This document shows positions 5,704-13,765 of a stretch of 20,000 nt of DNA, one piece after another. Position numbers and translations under genes: made by a program. Source of the stretch: an uncultured virus (IMG/VR IMGVR_UViG_3300032156_000006). Its lineage: Duplodnaviria; Heunggongvirae; Uroviricota; Caudoviricetes. Location: the IMG/VR virus record IMGVR_UViG_3300032156_000006, one strand, 5' to 3'. Under the pieces are notes generated by a model. It was not told the origin of the DNA. It saw nothing but the letters and a program-made list of their open reading frames with translations, and did no database searches. Every line of letters begins with the position of its first letter. Positions within the stretch are counted from its first letter, which is position 1.

Positions 5704-8277
5704 TCACCCTGTTTGATTTATTTTATAAATTCTGCTGAAGTTCAGCGTCAGATTTGTTGTATTCAAACAATTTACATATAACCATACATATGCTGTCGCA
5801 TTGGTACTATTGAGGTTCAAAATAATATTAACAGGAGTTGTAGTGATGTTTGTCGAATCTGTGGCATTGCCATTCGCGATGGCAGCCGTGTTGTTCCATT
5901 TTAATCTGGAAAAAATGGATGTTCCGTTTACTGTTTCATTTGTGGCCAAGCTGTAGTTGTGAAGTACGGATGTATTGAGGTTCCTAAACTTGAATATGCC
6001 TATACCTGCTGTTTGCCCCCACGGAGTGATGCCGTTAAATGTTGGAAACGGGCAAAGGAAACGAACTTCGGTTACACCCCAAGGCAAGTCTACTGTGAAT
6101 TCTCCATATGTGAAATTTCCAGTTGATGAATTTGTTGGTTGATAATTCGGTTTCCAACCTATGCATGACCAATTTGACGTACCGCCACCCGGTGCTGATA
6201 CTTGATGATACCAATACAACTGGCTAGAAATGACAAACGTTGTCGAATAATTCACTCCGTTGATATTTACATAAACCGGTGCATTATAAACAGATACATT
6301 ATGGGTAGCATTTAGAACACGCGTGAAATTACAATAGAAATCCATTATACTTGATGTAACATTTTCAGTGGATGGGACACGATAGCCCGAAGCAGAGGTA
6401 TTTGTTGGCGTTGCATTGACATAGACGTACCTCCAACTGGTGTACATTCCATTATACTGATAACACCCGCGGTAATAGACATACCCTGTGAGCCTATTGA
6501 GAGAGACCGAAATGTTGCTTATGTTTGCGCCAGTATATGTCCACGGAGTAACTACGTAAATTCCTTCCGCGGGAAACCAAGATTTGTTGTCTACGGAAAC
6601 TTGAATCGTCGTATTGTATGAAGCATCAGGCACACTCCAAGTTAGAGTCAAATTTGGAACTGTAGGAAGAGAAAGATTATTTGTAGGATATGTAAAACTA
6701 AGTGTATACAAAGGGGGTCCTTGTGGAGTGGCATCTTGAGTAATTGTTGCTCCAGATAGGAAATATAACGAAAGATCGTCTGCGCTTGCATTCCACGCGT
6801 AGTGAACAACATGATTTGTTGTTGAACCTACAGAACCTGGATTTGATGATGGATCTGTACCTGTGTCACATCTGATGGGGCTTCCGGTGCCACCGGCTCC
6901 ACCAGTATTTGTTATAGTTGCAGCCATAGCTGTCATATTGTTATGTGTGTGTACTGAACCATAGGCGGTCCCTCCATTCCCTCCTTTATATGTACCGGTT
7001 CCGCTACCAAATACATATCTACCTGGTGCAGCACCTCCTGTTCCTCCTTGTATTACCCATGCGATGCCGTTTGTAATTGCTTTTATATTTATATTTGAAG
7101 TAAGAGCTGCGCCACCGGTCCCTCCACACTGGCTGTATCCATAGCATGTCGTATTTACTGGACCGGCGCCTCCTGTACCGCCCTTCATGTAAACTAAGCC
7201 ACCGGTAAAGAAGAATCTTCCTCCAGATAGTGCTATTCCCCCAGACGTTCCACCTGCAGAAGCTTGTCTGCGATAAGGACTACATGTAGTTTCAGTATCA
7301 GCTTGTTTCGTTCCATTGCCACCAGTTACATTGATTATTCCCCCTGCTTGTCTCCAACTATCATAAGCAGTTATCGATATTGTTCCCGCATCGCCTCCCC
7401 ACCATCCAAAATCTTCACCTGCATATGCAAATTTCCCAGGATTTCCTCCGAGAGAGAGAATCGAGCCGGTATTAGATCCGTTTTGTACTATTATAGATAA
7501 TGTCGATGTCGAACCGCCATTGGCACTAGATGTTGTCGATGTACATGAATTGTTTCCTAGTCCACCTCGCTCCATTATAGTTCCAGTGTTCGAAAGTTCA
7601 CGTGCATGTATAGAAAGTGAACCTGAGGCGCCTCCAATGCAATTGGTACTGCTAACACTGCCACCTCCAATAGCGAGAACAGTTCCAGAATTGTTAAAAA
7701 AGTTGTCTGCCTCCAGAATCAGACCAATACCAGCGTTGCTACTTACATCCATGGGTGCAGTCAGCGTTTGCCCACTGTTTATTATAATATTTAAGTATCT
7801 TGATGTTGGAGCAGAACTTGCTGCTGCATACGCTTGACTTGAAGAAACCGTGCAAACGTCAGTATCGTTGCAACCAGGAATGGGAGTTGTAACTGTGAAT
7901 GTCTTTGTCAAGGTTGCAAAATTTCCTACAGTATCTGTTACTTGAATGCTACAATTAATTGTTCCTTCAGCGTTTGGCGTAATGGTCGTATTAGTGCGCC
8001 AGGCTTGTTTATCAGTATCCTGAATCGCACTTTGGTTAAATGCAACCCCCGGAGCAGTCACAATCCATTTTGCAAGGAAAATTGACTTGTTGTCAGGCGG
8101 ATAAACGTCGGCATAACAGCGATATGCCTTATTGATTTTAGGATAATTGATACTAGCGTTAGTTGAAGAATTTTTTAGATAAATCGAATGAACTTCTAGG
8201 GTAGTTTGGTTTAAATTAGCTGCCCAGCTAGTTGCTAGAAGAGCAAACATTATGATTGCAACAATCAAGTTTTTCAT
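5704..8277 (-). CDS. Large secreted surface glycoprotein/adhesin-like protein (857 aa) with a central Gly-rich repeat region
   Basis: Signal peptide MKNLIVAIIMFALLATSWA. More than 40 N-x-S/T sequons counted by eye. GGxGG-rich middle region and beta-rich Ig-like flanks with Cys pairs. ATG 8277 overlaps the DNase stop (ATGA). Confidence 0.8.
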   Translation of the reverse strand: MKNLIVAIIMFALLATSWAANLNQTTLEVHSIYLKNSSTNASINYPKINKAYRCYADVYPPDNKSIFLAKWIVTAPGVAFNQSAIQDTDKQAWRTNTTITPNAEGTINCSIQVTDTVGNFATLTKTFTVTTPIPGCNDTDVCTVSSSQAYAAASSAPTSRYLNIIINSGQTLTAPMDVSSNAGIGLILEADNFFNNSGTVLAIGGGSVSSTNCIGGASGSLSIHARELSNTGTIMERGGLGNNSCTSTTSSANGGSTSTLSIIVQNGSNTGSILSLGGNPGKFAYAGEDFGWWGGDAGTISITAYDSWRQAGGIINVTGGNGTKQADTETTCSPYRRQASAGGTSGGIALSGGRFFFTGGLVYMKGGTGGAGPVNTTCYGYSQCGGTGGAALTSNINIKAITNGIAWVIQGGTGGAAPGRYVFGSGTGTYKGGNGGTAYGSVHTHNNMTAMAATITNTGGAGGTGSPIRCDTGTDPSSNPGSVGSTTNHVVHYAWNASADDLSLYFLSGATITQDATPQGPPLYTLSFTYPTNNLSLPTVPNLTLTWSVPDASYNTTIQVSVDNKSWFPAEGIYVVTPWTYTGANISNISVSLNRLTGYVYYRGCYQYNGMYTSWRYVYVNATPTNTSASGYRVPSTENVTSSIMDFYCNFTRVLNATHNVSVYNAPVYVNINGVNYSTTFVISSQLYWYHQVSAPGGGTSNWSCIGWKPNYQPTNSSTGNFTYGEFTVDLPWGVTEVRFLCPFPTFNGITPWGQTAGIGIFKFRNLNTSVLHNYSLATNETVNGTSIFSRLKWNNTAAIANGNATDSTNITTTPVNIILNLNSTNATAYVWLYVNCLNTTNLTLNFSRIYKINQTG

Positions 8278-9035
8278 GCAGTATCCCCAACCTTTATTTC
8301 TGCCCACACAAGATAGTGATCTGAAATGGATGGAATTATTCCTTCTTTGAAAATTCCATGATGGATATATTCATTTTTCATGTCATCATTGAGTATAATT
8401 CTATCATAAGCACAGGAACTCGAGGCAACAGTTGTATCTTCGCTGTCATTGATTATCCATGTCCAGTTTACAAAGCTTCTGTTTTTCGTATTGTAATAGT
8501 TGCAATCCGCATTTAAATCTCCAAGGATCATCACATTACCTTCATTATTTATTATCTGCTCCAAGTTTGAAAGTTCTTGATATACATCGCTTGGTTGAAT
8601 ATGAATGTTGTAAGTACTAAAAGAATAATTGCTTATTGAAAATTTTGCCATTATTGGCGGTCGCTGCCATCTATTTTTTTCGTCAGGATTGAAGTCTGTT
8701 ACGTTCTCAAGTATGAATTCTTTTTTGTAAATTATTCCGTACTGCTCTTTCGATGCAGTGCGCCCAGCACGACTCGAATTCCAGCAATTGTACCCGGGCA
8801 ACATGGAGCAAAGTTTCGGGAATGCCGTGCCTGAGTCATCTCTTATTTCCTGTACAAACACTATGTCATAATCGTCTATTGTTTGTGCATAAAACCTCAT
8901 AAGTGTTTGATTCTGTGCCTTTTTCTCGCCAAATATCTGCAAATTCCAATTCGCAACTTTGAAAGTTTCTTGAGTGCTTTCAGTGATGCATCCCACAAGC
9001 AAAAAAGCAATGAATAATGCGAAGAGAATCTTCAT
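8274..9035 (-). CDS. DNase I-like endonuclease/exonuclease/phosphatase (EEP) family nuclease with a lipoprotein signal peptide
   Basis: MKILFALFIAFLLVG-C lipobox. Motifs NWNLQIFG, DIVFVQEIRD, GR..SKEQY, IH, ILGDLNADCNY, DTTV...CAYDRII and ISDHY match DNase I catalytic motifs. Confidence 0.9.
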   Translation of the reverse strand: MKILFALFIAFLLVGCITESTQETFKVANWNLQIFGEKKAQNQTLMRFYAQTIDDYDIVFVQEIRDDSGTAFPKLCSMLPGYNCWNSSRAGRTASKEQYGIIYKKEFILENVTDFNPDEKNRWQRPPIMAKFSISNYSFSTYNIHIQPSDVYQELSNLEQIINNEGNVMILGDLNADCNYYNTKNRSFVNWTWIINDSEDTTVASSSCAYDRIILNDDMKNEYIHHGIFKEGIIPSISDHYLVWAEIKVGDTA

Positions 9036-9394
9036 GTACCTGCCACCGCCACCGGAGTGCCCTCCGATGTTTTCATCCATATTCGAACTTGATTTGTGCC
9101 GTGCTGGCGCTCCCAAGCCCGTTTAAGTGATACAAAATCTGTTTCCAGTTTGCCTATCTCGCGCCCCCACTGTAGGTATTCTTTGTACATGCCATAGGCG
9201 CGTGTTTGAAACTCCACATAGCCAGCTGTTTTTTGCTTCAGCATCCTTGTCATCTCGTGATACGTTGTCAAATGGGACATCCTTTGATAATGGAGTTGCT
9301 GGATCTTTGTTTGCACTTCGCTCTCGTAAGCCAAAAGTTCATAGTAAGGCATCCTGTTTATGTCATCACCAGTTAACTGGGCAATCGGTTTCAT
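9032..9394 (-). CDS. Hypothetical helical/coiled-coil protein (120 aa)
   Basis: GAGGA RBS. ATGA coupling to the DNase gene. No TM segment or signal peptide. Confidence 0.7.
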   Translation of the reverse strand: MKPIAQLTGDDINRMPYYELLAYESEVQTKIQQLHYQRMSHLTTYHEMTRMLKQKTAGYVEFQTRAYGMYKEYLQWGREIGKLETDFVSLKRAWERQHGTNQVRIWMKTSEGTPVAVAGT

Positions 9395-9404
9395 GAGTAT
9401 TCCT

Positions 9405-10034
9405 CTAAATCTTGATGCTATCTTGGACTTCAGTGAATGTCAAGGTGACATGTACACGATTAACGCTGGCTTCATCACGCTCGTAATCAAAGTCCTGTGG
9501 ATAAATATAATAAATCTTGTCGGCTGCTGCACGTGTTACACCCATTCCGGCTGGCCAAACACCAGAGCCTGGCACACTGGCTGCATCTAACTCGTAATCG
9601 GCATTTCCACCTGGTGGATACATCGTAGATGGGATTGTCGGTGGCACTCCTGCCATATTTGCATTATGTGTCGAATCCATAGCAGCTGGATACGGAACAA
9701 ACAATAGCAGATAATTTCCAGAACCAGACGCCGGATAATTCCCCAAAGGCGTTCCGTACCAGTTGCAGCTCATGATATACAACAAATCCTCGATCTGATC
9801 AGCTATAGAGCCAGAACCGGGATAAGATGAGTTGTATGTGCTTGGAATTATCGTTGCACGAATAGTAATCGAGCGCTGTTGCGAGGTAAAGTCGAACATC
9901 CATGGGCGGATCCATGTGGGCAAGTCCATAGGGCTGTTGCCTGCCTTTGAAAGGTGAAAAGAAACGCCCGTAGGCATAGGATCAAAGCGAAAGAGCCTTG
10001 TTGTTCCGTAGTATATTTCAACTGGATTTGACAT
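9405..10034 (-). CDS. Putative distal tail (Dit-like) protein
   Basis: Immediately downstream of the TMP. RSITIRATI and C-terminal DFDYERDEASVNRVHVTLTFTEV are tube/Dit-like strands. The call rests mainly on gene order. Confidence 0.55.
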   Translation of the reverse strand: MSNPVEIYYGTTRLFRFDPMPTGVSFHLSKAGNSPMDLPTWIRPWMFDFTSQQRSITIRATIIPSTYNSSYPGSGSIADQIEDLLYIMSCNWYGTPLGNYPASGSGNYLLLFVPYPAAMDSTHNANMAGVPPTIPSTMYPPGGNADYELDAASVPGSGVWPAGMGVTRAAADKIYYIYPQDFDYERDEASVNRVHVTLTFTEVQDSIKI

Positions 10035-10039
10035 ATTAA

Positions 10040-11440
10040 TCACACTGACAATACATTGACATTAGAGCCACCGGCGGCAGCTTGGACCTCGTGGCGCCCA
10101 AGTGAATTGCCGGACGAATCACGTAATGTGATCACAACATTCGCTGTCATGCGCTTGCTGGCTTCGTCGAATCTTTTTACAGCATCATCGAATCTTTTAA
10201 AGTCGTTGCTGAGTATTTCAAACATGCTTGCGGTTATTTGACCTCCTGATGTTATCCCAGCAGAAGCCGATGGGGTTTTTTTCAAGGCATCCTCCATAAT
10301 ATCCCCTAGTTTCGCGCCTCCAAATATTGCGCCGAGCCCTCCTTGCAAAAAACTCAAAATATGCTTTGTAGGAGCTGCAAGAAATTCAACAAGACCAGTG
10401 AATGATAATTTTGGAAGTCCAAGTTTCGTTAAGATCGCATTAACTGGGTTTACTAAGAAATCTAGTAGTTTTGCAACAGAAAACGCAATCAAACCAATTC
10501 TTGAAAAAATTTGCCCAATTGGATTATCCAAAAATTTCTTTAGCTCTGAGAACAGCATTCGTGTAATTCCTAATTTTTCAAGAATACCTATTACACCTCC
10601 TGCAAATTCTCCAAGAAAAGTGATGAGATTACTAAATTTTTCCTTTCCGAAATCAAAGAGTTTTACAATAACATCTCCTGCAGTTCCTGCAAATTCTCCA
10701 AGAAAAGTGATGAGATTACTAAATTTTTCCTTTCCGAAATCAAAGAGTTTTACAATAACATCTCCTGCAGTTCCTGCAAATTCTCCAAGAAAGGCAGCAA
10801 GGTCGCTAGCTGCATCAGCTGCTATGCCAAGGAACCCAAAAATGGCGCCGACTGGCGCCGTAATAAATTCGAGCAGTGATCCGGGCATCATCTTTCCTAT
10901 GGCCTCTTTTGCAAATTCAAAGATTTTGCCTAAAACCTTGCTTCCTTCATCAATCAGTGCTTGAAATATTGGCATCACGGCTTCTCCCATTTTAAGTGCT
11001 CCTCCGATTAGATCTCCACCTTTCATCATGCCTGCGGCCTCTGCCATCATTGGCTTGCTCTTTTTAGCAGCATCCATCATAGCCATCAGCACAGGTCGCA
11101 TCATCAAGTTCACTAATTTGACAATCGGCCCCAAGATGTACAAAATCGGAAGGATAAGTGGAAGCAATAGGTTGGTAAATGGCATAACCAGTAATGTAAG
11201 AAGTTTGATAACGCCATCAAGAATACGCAAAACCGGTCGGAGGGCTTCTGTGAGGATAGCTCCTGCAGTTCTTTTAATCATGTCGATAGGACCTTTGCCA
11301 CCAAGGGCAGTCGCAGCACCGCCTTTGCCCCCCGTGCTTGTTCTCCGTATGTCGTTTTTGATATCAGTAAGCAGGGCAACCATGCGATCTTGTTGATCGT
11401 TTCCTGCTTGCTGCGGTGCTTGTGGTGGTGGCATATTCAT
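10040..11440 (-). CDS. Tail tape measure protein (466 aa)
   Basis: Follows the tail chaperone. Long amphipathic helical sequence rich in A/G/L/I/F, with periodic Phe and an internal 29-aa tandem repeat. Confidence 0.82.
   Translation of the reverse strand: MNMPPPQAPQQAGNDQQDRMVALLTDIKNDIRRTSTGGKGGAATALGGKGPIDMIKRTAGAILTEALRPVLRILDGVIKLLTLLVMPFTNLLLPLILPILYILGPIVKLVNLMMRPVLMAMMDAAKKSKPMMAEAAGMMKGGDLIGGALKMGEAVMPIFQALIDEGSKVLGKIFEFAKEAIGKMMPGSLLEFITAPVGAIFGFLGIAADAASDLAAFLGEFAGTAGDVIVKLFDFGKEKFSNLITFLGEFAGTAGDVIVKLFDFGKEKFSNLITFLGEFAGGVIGILEKLGITRMLFSELKKFLDNPIGQIFSRIGLIAFSVAKLLDFLVNPVNAILTKLGLPKLSFTGLVEFLAAPTKHILSFLQGGLGAIFGGAKLGDIMEDALKKTPSASAGITSGGQITASMFEILSNDFKRFDDAVKRFDEASKRMTANVVITLRDSSGNSLGRHEVQAAAGGSNVNVLSV
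10598..10792. repeat. Perfect 87-bp tandem duplication (about 2.2 copies) inside the tape measure gene
   Basis: TCCTGCAAATTCTCCAAGAAA starts at 10598, 10685 and 10772. It encodes FLGEFAGTAGDVIVKLFDFGKEKFSNLIT. Confidence 0.95.
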
Positions 11441-11691
11441 CCCTTGTTCTCAAATTTATCTATTTCGCTCATCTTCAGTTCGCTGATGTACACGAGCAAT
11501 AAATCTCGTTCATCTTCTTCTAGCTTATCATATTCATCCGCCGTAAAAGCTCCTTCAAACGCGCGGAGGAACATGGCTTTTACAAGTACATTCCGCGCCC
11601 AAAGGCCAACCGATTGGATTGTATCCTCCCAGATTGCTTGGGCAGAACCACTTTTTTCTGCTTGTGCTCTTACTGCGGTTCTGATAAATTT
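11437..11691 (-). CDS. -1 frameshift extension of the tail assembly chaperone (lambda gpGT-like; not in the ORF track)
   Basis: The -1 frame is open for 84 codons from the slippery site (KFIRTAVRAQ...FTADEYDKLEEDERDLLLVYISELKMSEIDKFENKG*). Its TGA overlaps the TMP ATG. Confidence 0.8.
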   Translation of the reverse strand, partial: KFIRTAVRAQAEKSGSAQAIWEDTIQSVGLWARNVLVKAMFLRAFEGAFTADEYDKLEEDERDLLLVYISELKMSEIDKFENKG

Positions 11692-12050
11692 TCAGTCTCT
11701 TCTGTAAACCTCCTCATTTGCCTTGCTTTCTGTGCCAAAAATACAAACATGTCTTCCTCTAGGCACTTTTCTAAGACTTGCACGCGCGTTGTGGTATCTA
11801 GTTCTTTCCATGATTTTCCCTGCCAAAGGATAGGGCAGTCGGAGATAGAGCAAGCAAGCCAGAGTTTGCCATATTTTGCTTCGTCTGTTTCTATAACTTG
11901 TCCGGTTCGCGGGTTCCTTTTCTGGCAGAGATGGATCAGGCTTGTAGATTCACCTGCAAAAAGCCGCCTCAAGGCAAACTCGCCTTTTCTTTCTTCGCAG
12001 CTATCCGGCGTTAGATAACTTGCCTCAACTTTTACTAGTTCTTGTGGCAT
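11670..12050 (-). CDS. Tail assembly chaperone (gpG-like)
   Basis: AGGTGA RBS. Lies between the tail tube and TMP genes and has a slippery site at its 3' end. Confidence 0.8.
   Translation of the reverse strand: MPQELVKVEASYLTPDSCEERKGEFALRRLFAGESTSLIHLCQKRNPRTGQVIETDEAKYGKLWLACSISDCPILWQGKSWKELDTTTRVQVLEKCLEEDMFVFLAQKARQMRRFTEETENLSEPQ
11685..11691 (-). promoter_or_regulatory. Slippery heptamer A AAT TTA (X XXY YYZ) for programmed -1 frameshifting
   Basis: In the correct phase in the chaperone ORF (gaA AAT TTA tca gaa ccg cag TAA), four codons before the stop. Confidence 0.8.
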
Positions 12051-12160
12051 TTTTTCACCTTCCCATCACGGGAACACCTCGAGCCTTCTTGGCTCTTTGG
12101 CTTGAACGCAACCTCATGCAACAGTCTTTTTACGAGTTCTTTTATCATGCCGTTTTCTCC

Positions 12161-13678
12161 CTATACAATACCTGTAGCTGTACTGTGAAAGTCCGTTGAT
12201 GCAATTGCATCATAAATAACAATTCCTCCGACAGCATCAGATGCATTATATGGTGCCAGCATCAGGGCAGTCCATTCGTAATCCTGATAAATTATGCCGC
12301 TAACTTGCCTCGGTGAGCTAATACTCTTGAACTTAACCCCGAGGAATGTAAGCTCGATTCTGCGGTAGTTTGCACTGGCTGTTGTGTAACCGAGAGATGA
12401 ATTATCATAAAACAACTTAAGTGCATAATATTTCATCCGGTCCGCTACAAACCAAGGCATTCCCCATGTGCCAAATCCTTTATTTAGCCTGTAATTTTGG
12501 CTGCCGGATGGGGGTGCACTTGAGGTCGTAATGGTATCAGCCGTATTGCTTGAAATTAGGTAATCGACATTTGAAATGGTCAAATAGTAGCCTGCCAATT
12601 CGTTTGTAGACCAGGTAGCGCCAGTGTCTGTCAGGACAGAACCCGAAACTGTTCCAATTCCGTCTCCTTTTGCGGTTGGATCTGCTGCATAAGTGTTGTT
12701 GAGCTCTCCCAGAAACTGAACATGCTGAGATTCATTCTCGAATCCAATTGTCATACGCCCGTTATAACGGCGCGATTGGGCAACCATGGCCCGGGCGGTT
12801 GTATCACCAATTACAAACAGTGCTTCGAGGGCATTGGCGATGTCTATGGATGCAACAGTCACATCACCTAGCAAATAAGTACTTGTAGCTAAAGCGGCAT
12901 CCAACGCAGATGTCCATGTTTGCACAGAAGATGGAAATGTCCAAGATTGAAGATAAACCTTGCCATAAACAGGCGGAAAGACTTCTTCATATGAGAGAAA
13001 ATCGGAAAGAAGCAAATTAGCCACCGTAGTAGCTTGAGATGAATAAACCTGCGAGCCTTTCCAGCCCATAGTCATTTTCACGGAGCCATCGCGGTTGAAA
13101 GTCATGCCTAAAGTGTCAACTTTGCAGCCTAGGTATTTTCGGACAACCTTTGGCTGTCCGCCGCCGGCTACGGTGTAGCCGTCTATCAGATTAAAGGAGG
13201 GTAGTTCAGGTACTGCATTTACGGTGTATGCTCCCGACACCAACTCTGGCTCGTATATAATGTGCCTATTAAGCCCGGTAACGCCTCCAATGGCATCTGA
13301 GTGCGCTATACCCGGTGCTGTCTGTGCGGGTGTCCCGAGGCCGTTATTGGAGGCTATGGCGTAATATAGGGGGCGCCCGTTCTGATACTCGAGCTCAAGG
13401 GTGCCATTGCATTCGAATTTGATTTCAATAAGTTGCTGAAGATTGCGGTATCCCATCGCAGCAACTTCTTCCATGGTGCGGGTTTCTGTAGTGCTACCTC
13501 CCGTTACGTAACCTAAATTTTTCCAAGTGGCGTTTCCATTTGGGGTTGTTCCTGTGATTGTTTCTACACGATTTTTACCATAGCTAACGACAGCTGTCGT
13601 GAGAATTATTTCTTCCGCTGCCAAACAAATTTGATTTTTTCCACTCGCCGGATACTTCGCAACAATCGTCGAGGCCAT
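12161..13678 (-). CDS. Major tail tube protein (505 aa) with an inserted accessory beta-domain
   Basis: AAGGTGA RBS before ATG 13678. LPSFNL...RKYLGCKVDTLGMTF...VKMTMGWKG and SIDIANALE.LFVIG...RRYNGRMTI are tube-like motifs. Lies upstream of the chaperone and TMP. Confidence 0.78.
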   Translation of the reverse strand: MASTIVAKYPASGKNQICLAAEEIILTTAVVSYGKNRVETITGTTPNGNATWKNLGYVTGGSTTETRTMEEVAAMGYRNLQQLIEIKFECNGTLELEYQNGRPLYYAIASNNGLGTPAQTAPGIAHSDAIGGVTGLNRHIIYEPELVSGAYTVNAVPELPSFNLIDGYTVAGGGQPKVVRKYLGCKVDTLGMTFNRDGSVKMTMGWKGSQVYSSQATTVANLLLSDFLSYEEVFPPVYGKVYLQSWTFPSSVQTWTSALDAALATSTYLLGDVTVASIDIANALEALFVIGDTTARAMVAQSRRYNGRMTIGFENESQHVQFLGELNNTYAADPTAKGDGIGTVSGSVLTDTGATWSTNELAGYYLTISNVDYLISSNTADTITTSSAPPSGSQNYRLNKGFGTWGMPWFVADRMKYYALKLFYDNSSLGYTTASANYRRIELTFLGVKFKSISSPRQVSGIIYQDYEWTALMLAPYNASDAVGGIVIYDAIASTDFHSTATGIV

Positions 13679-13743
13679 AAAATCACCTTTCCGTCTCGGA
13701 ATATTTGATCCATCTTGGATCAAATCTCTTTTTCTTCGTGGCT

Positions 13744-13764
13744 TTATAAAACTGAATATTCGTT
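13744..13764 (-). promoter_or_regulatory. Putative late promoter, copy B (AACG-N10-TATA)
   Basis: Minus strand AACG aatattcagt TTTATAA, upstream of the tail tube gene. Confidence 0.68.
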
Positions 13765-13765
13765 T

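Noticed and set aside
9036..9116. Upstream extensions given by the ORF track (9116, also 8307, 13723, 19660, 2030, 2789)
   Set aside because: Downstream ATGs have better RBSs or ATGA coupling and place the signal peptides at the N-terminus.
10598..10792. 87-bp direct repeats as att sites or mobile-element ends
   Set aside because: They are tandem, in frame and inside the tape measure gene.
12161..13678. Contractile tail sheath protein (suggested by the 505-aa size)
   Set aside because: The motifs look tube-like, no separate tube gene follows, and no baseplate wedge (gpJ/gp25-like) genes are seen.
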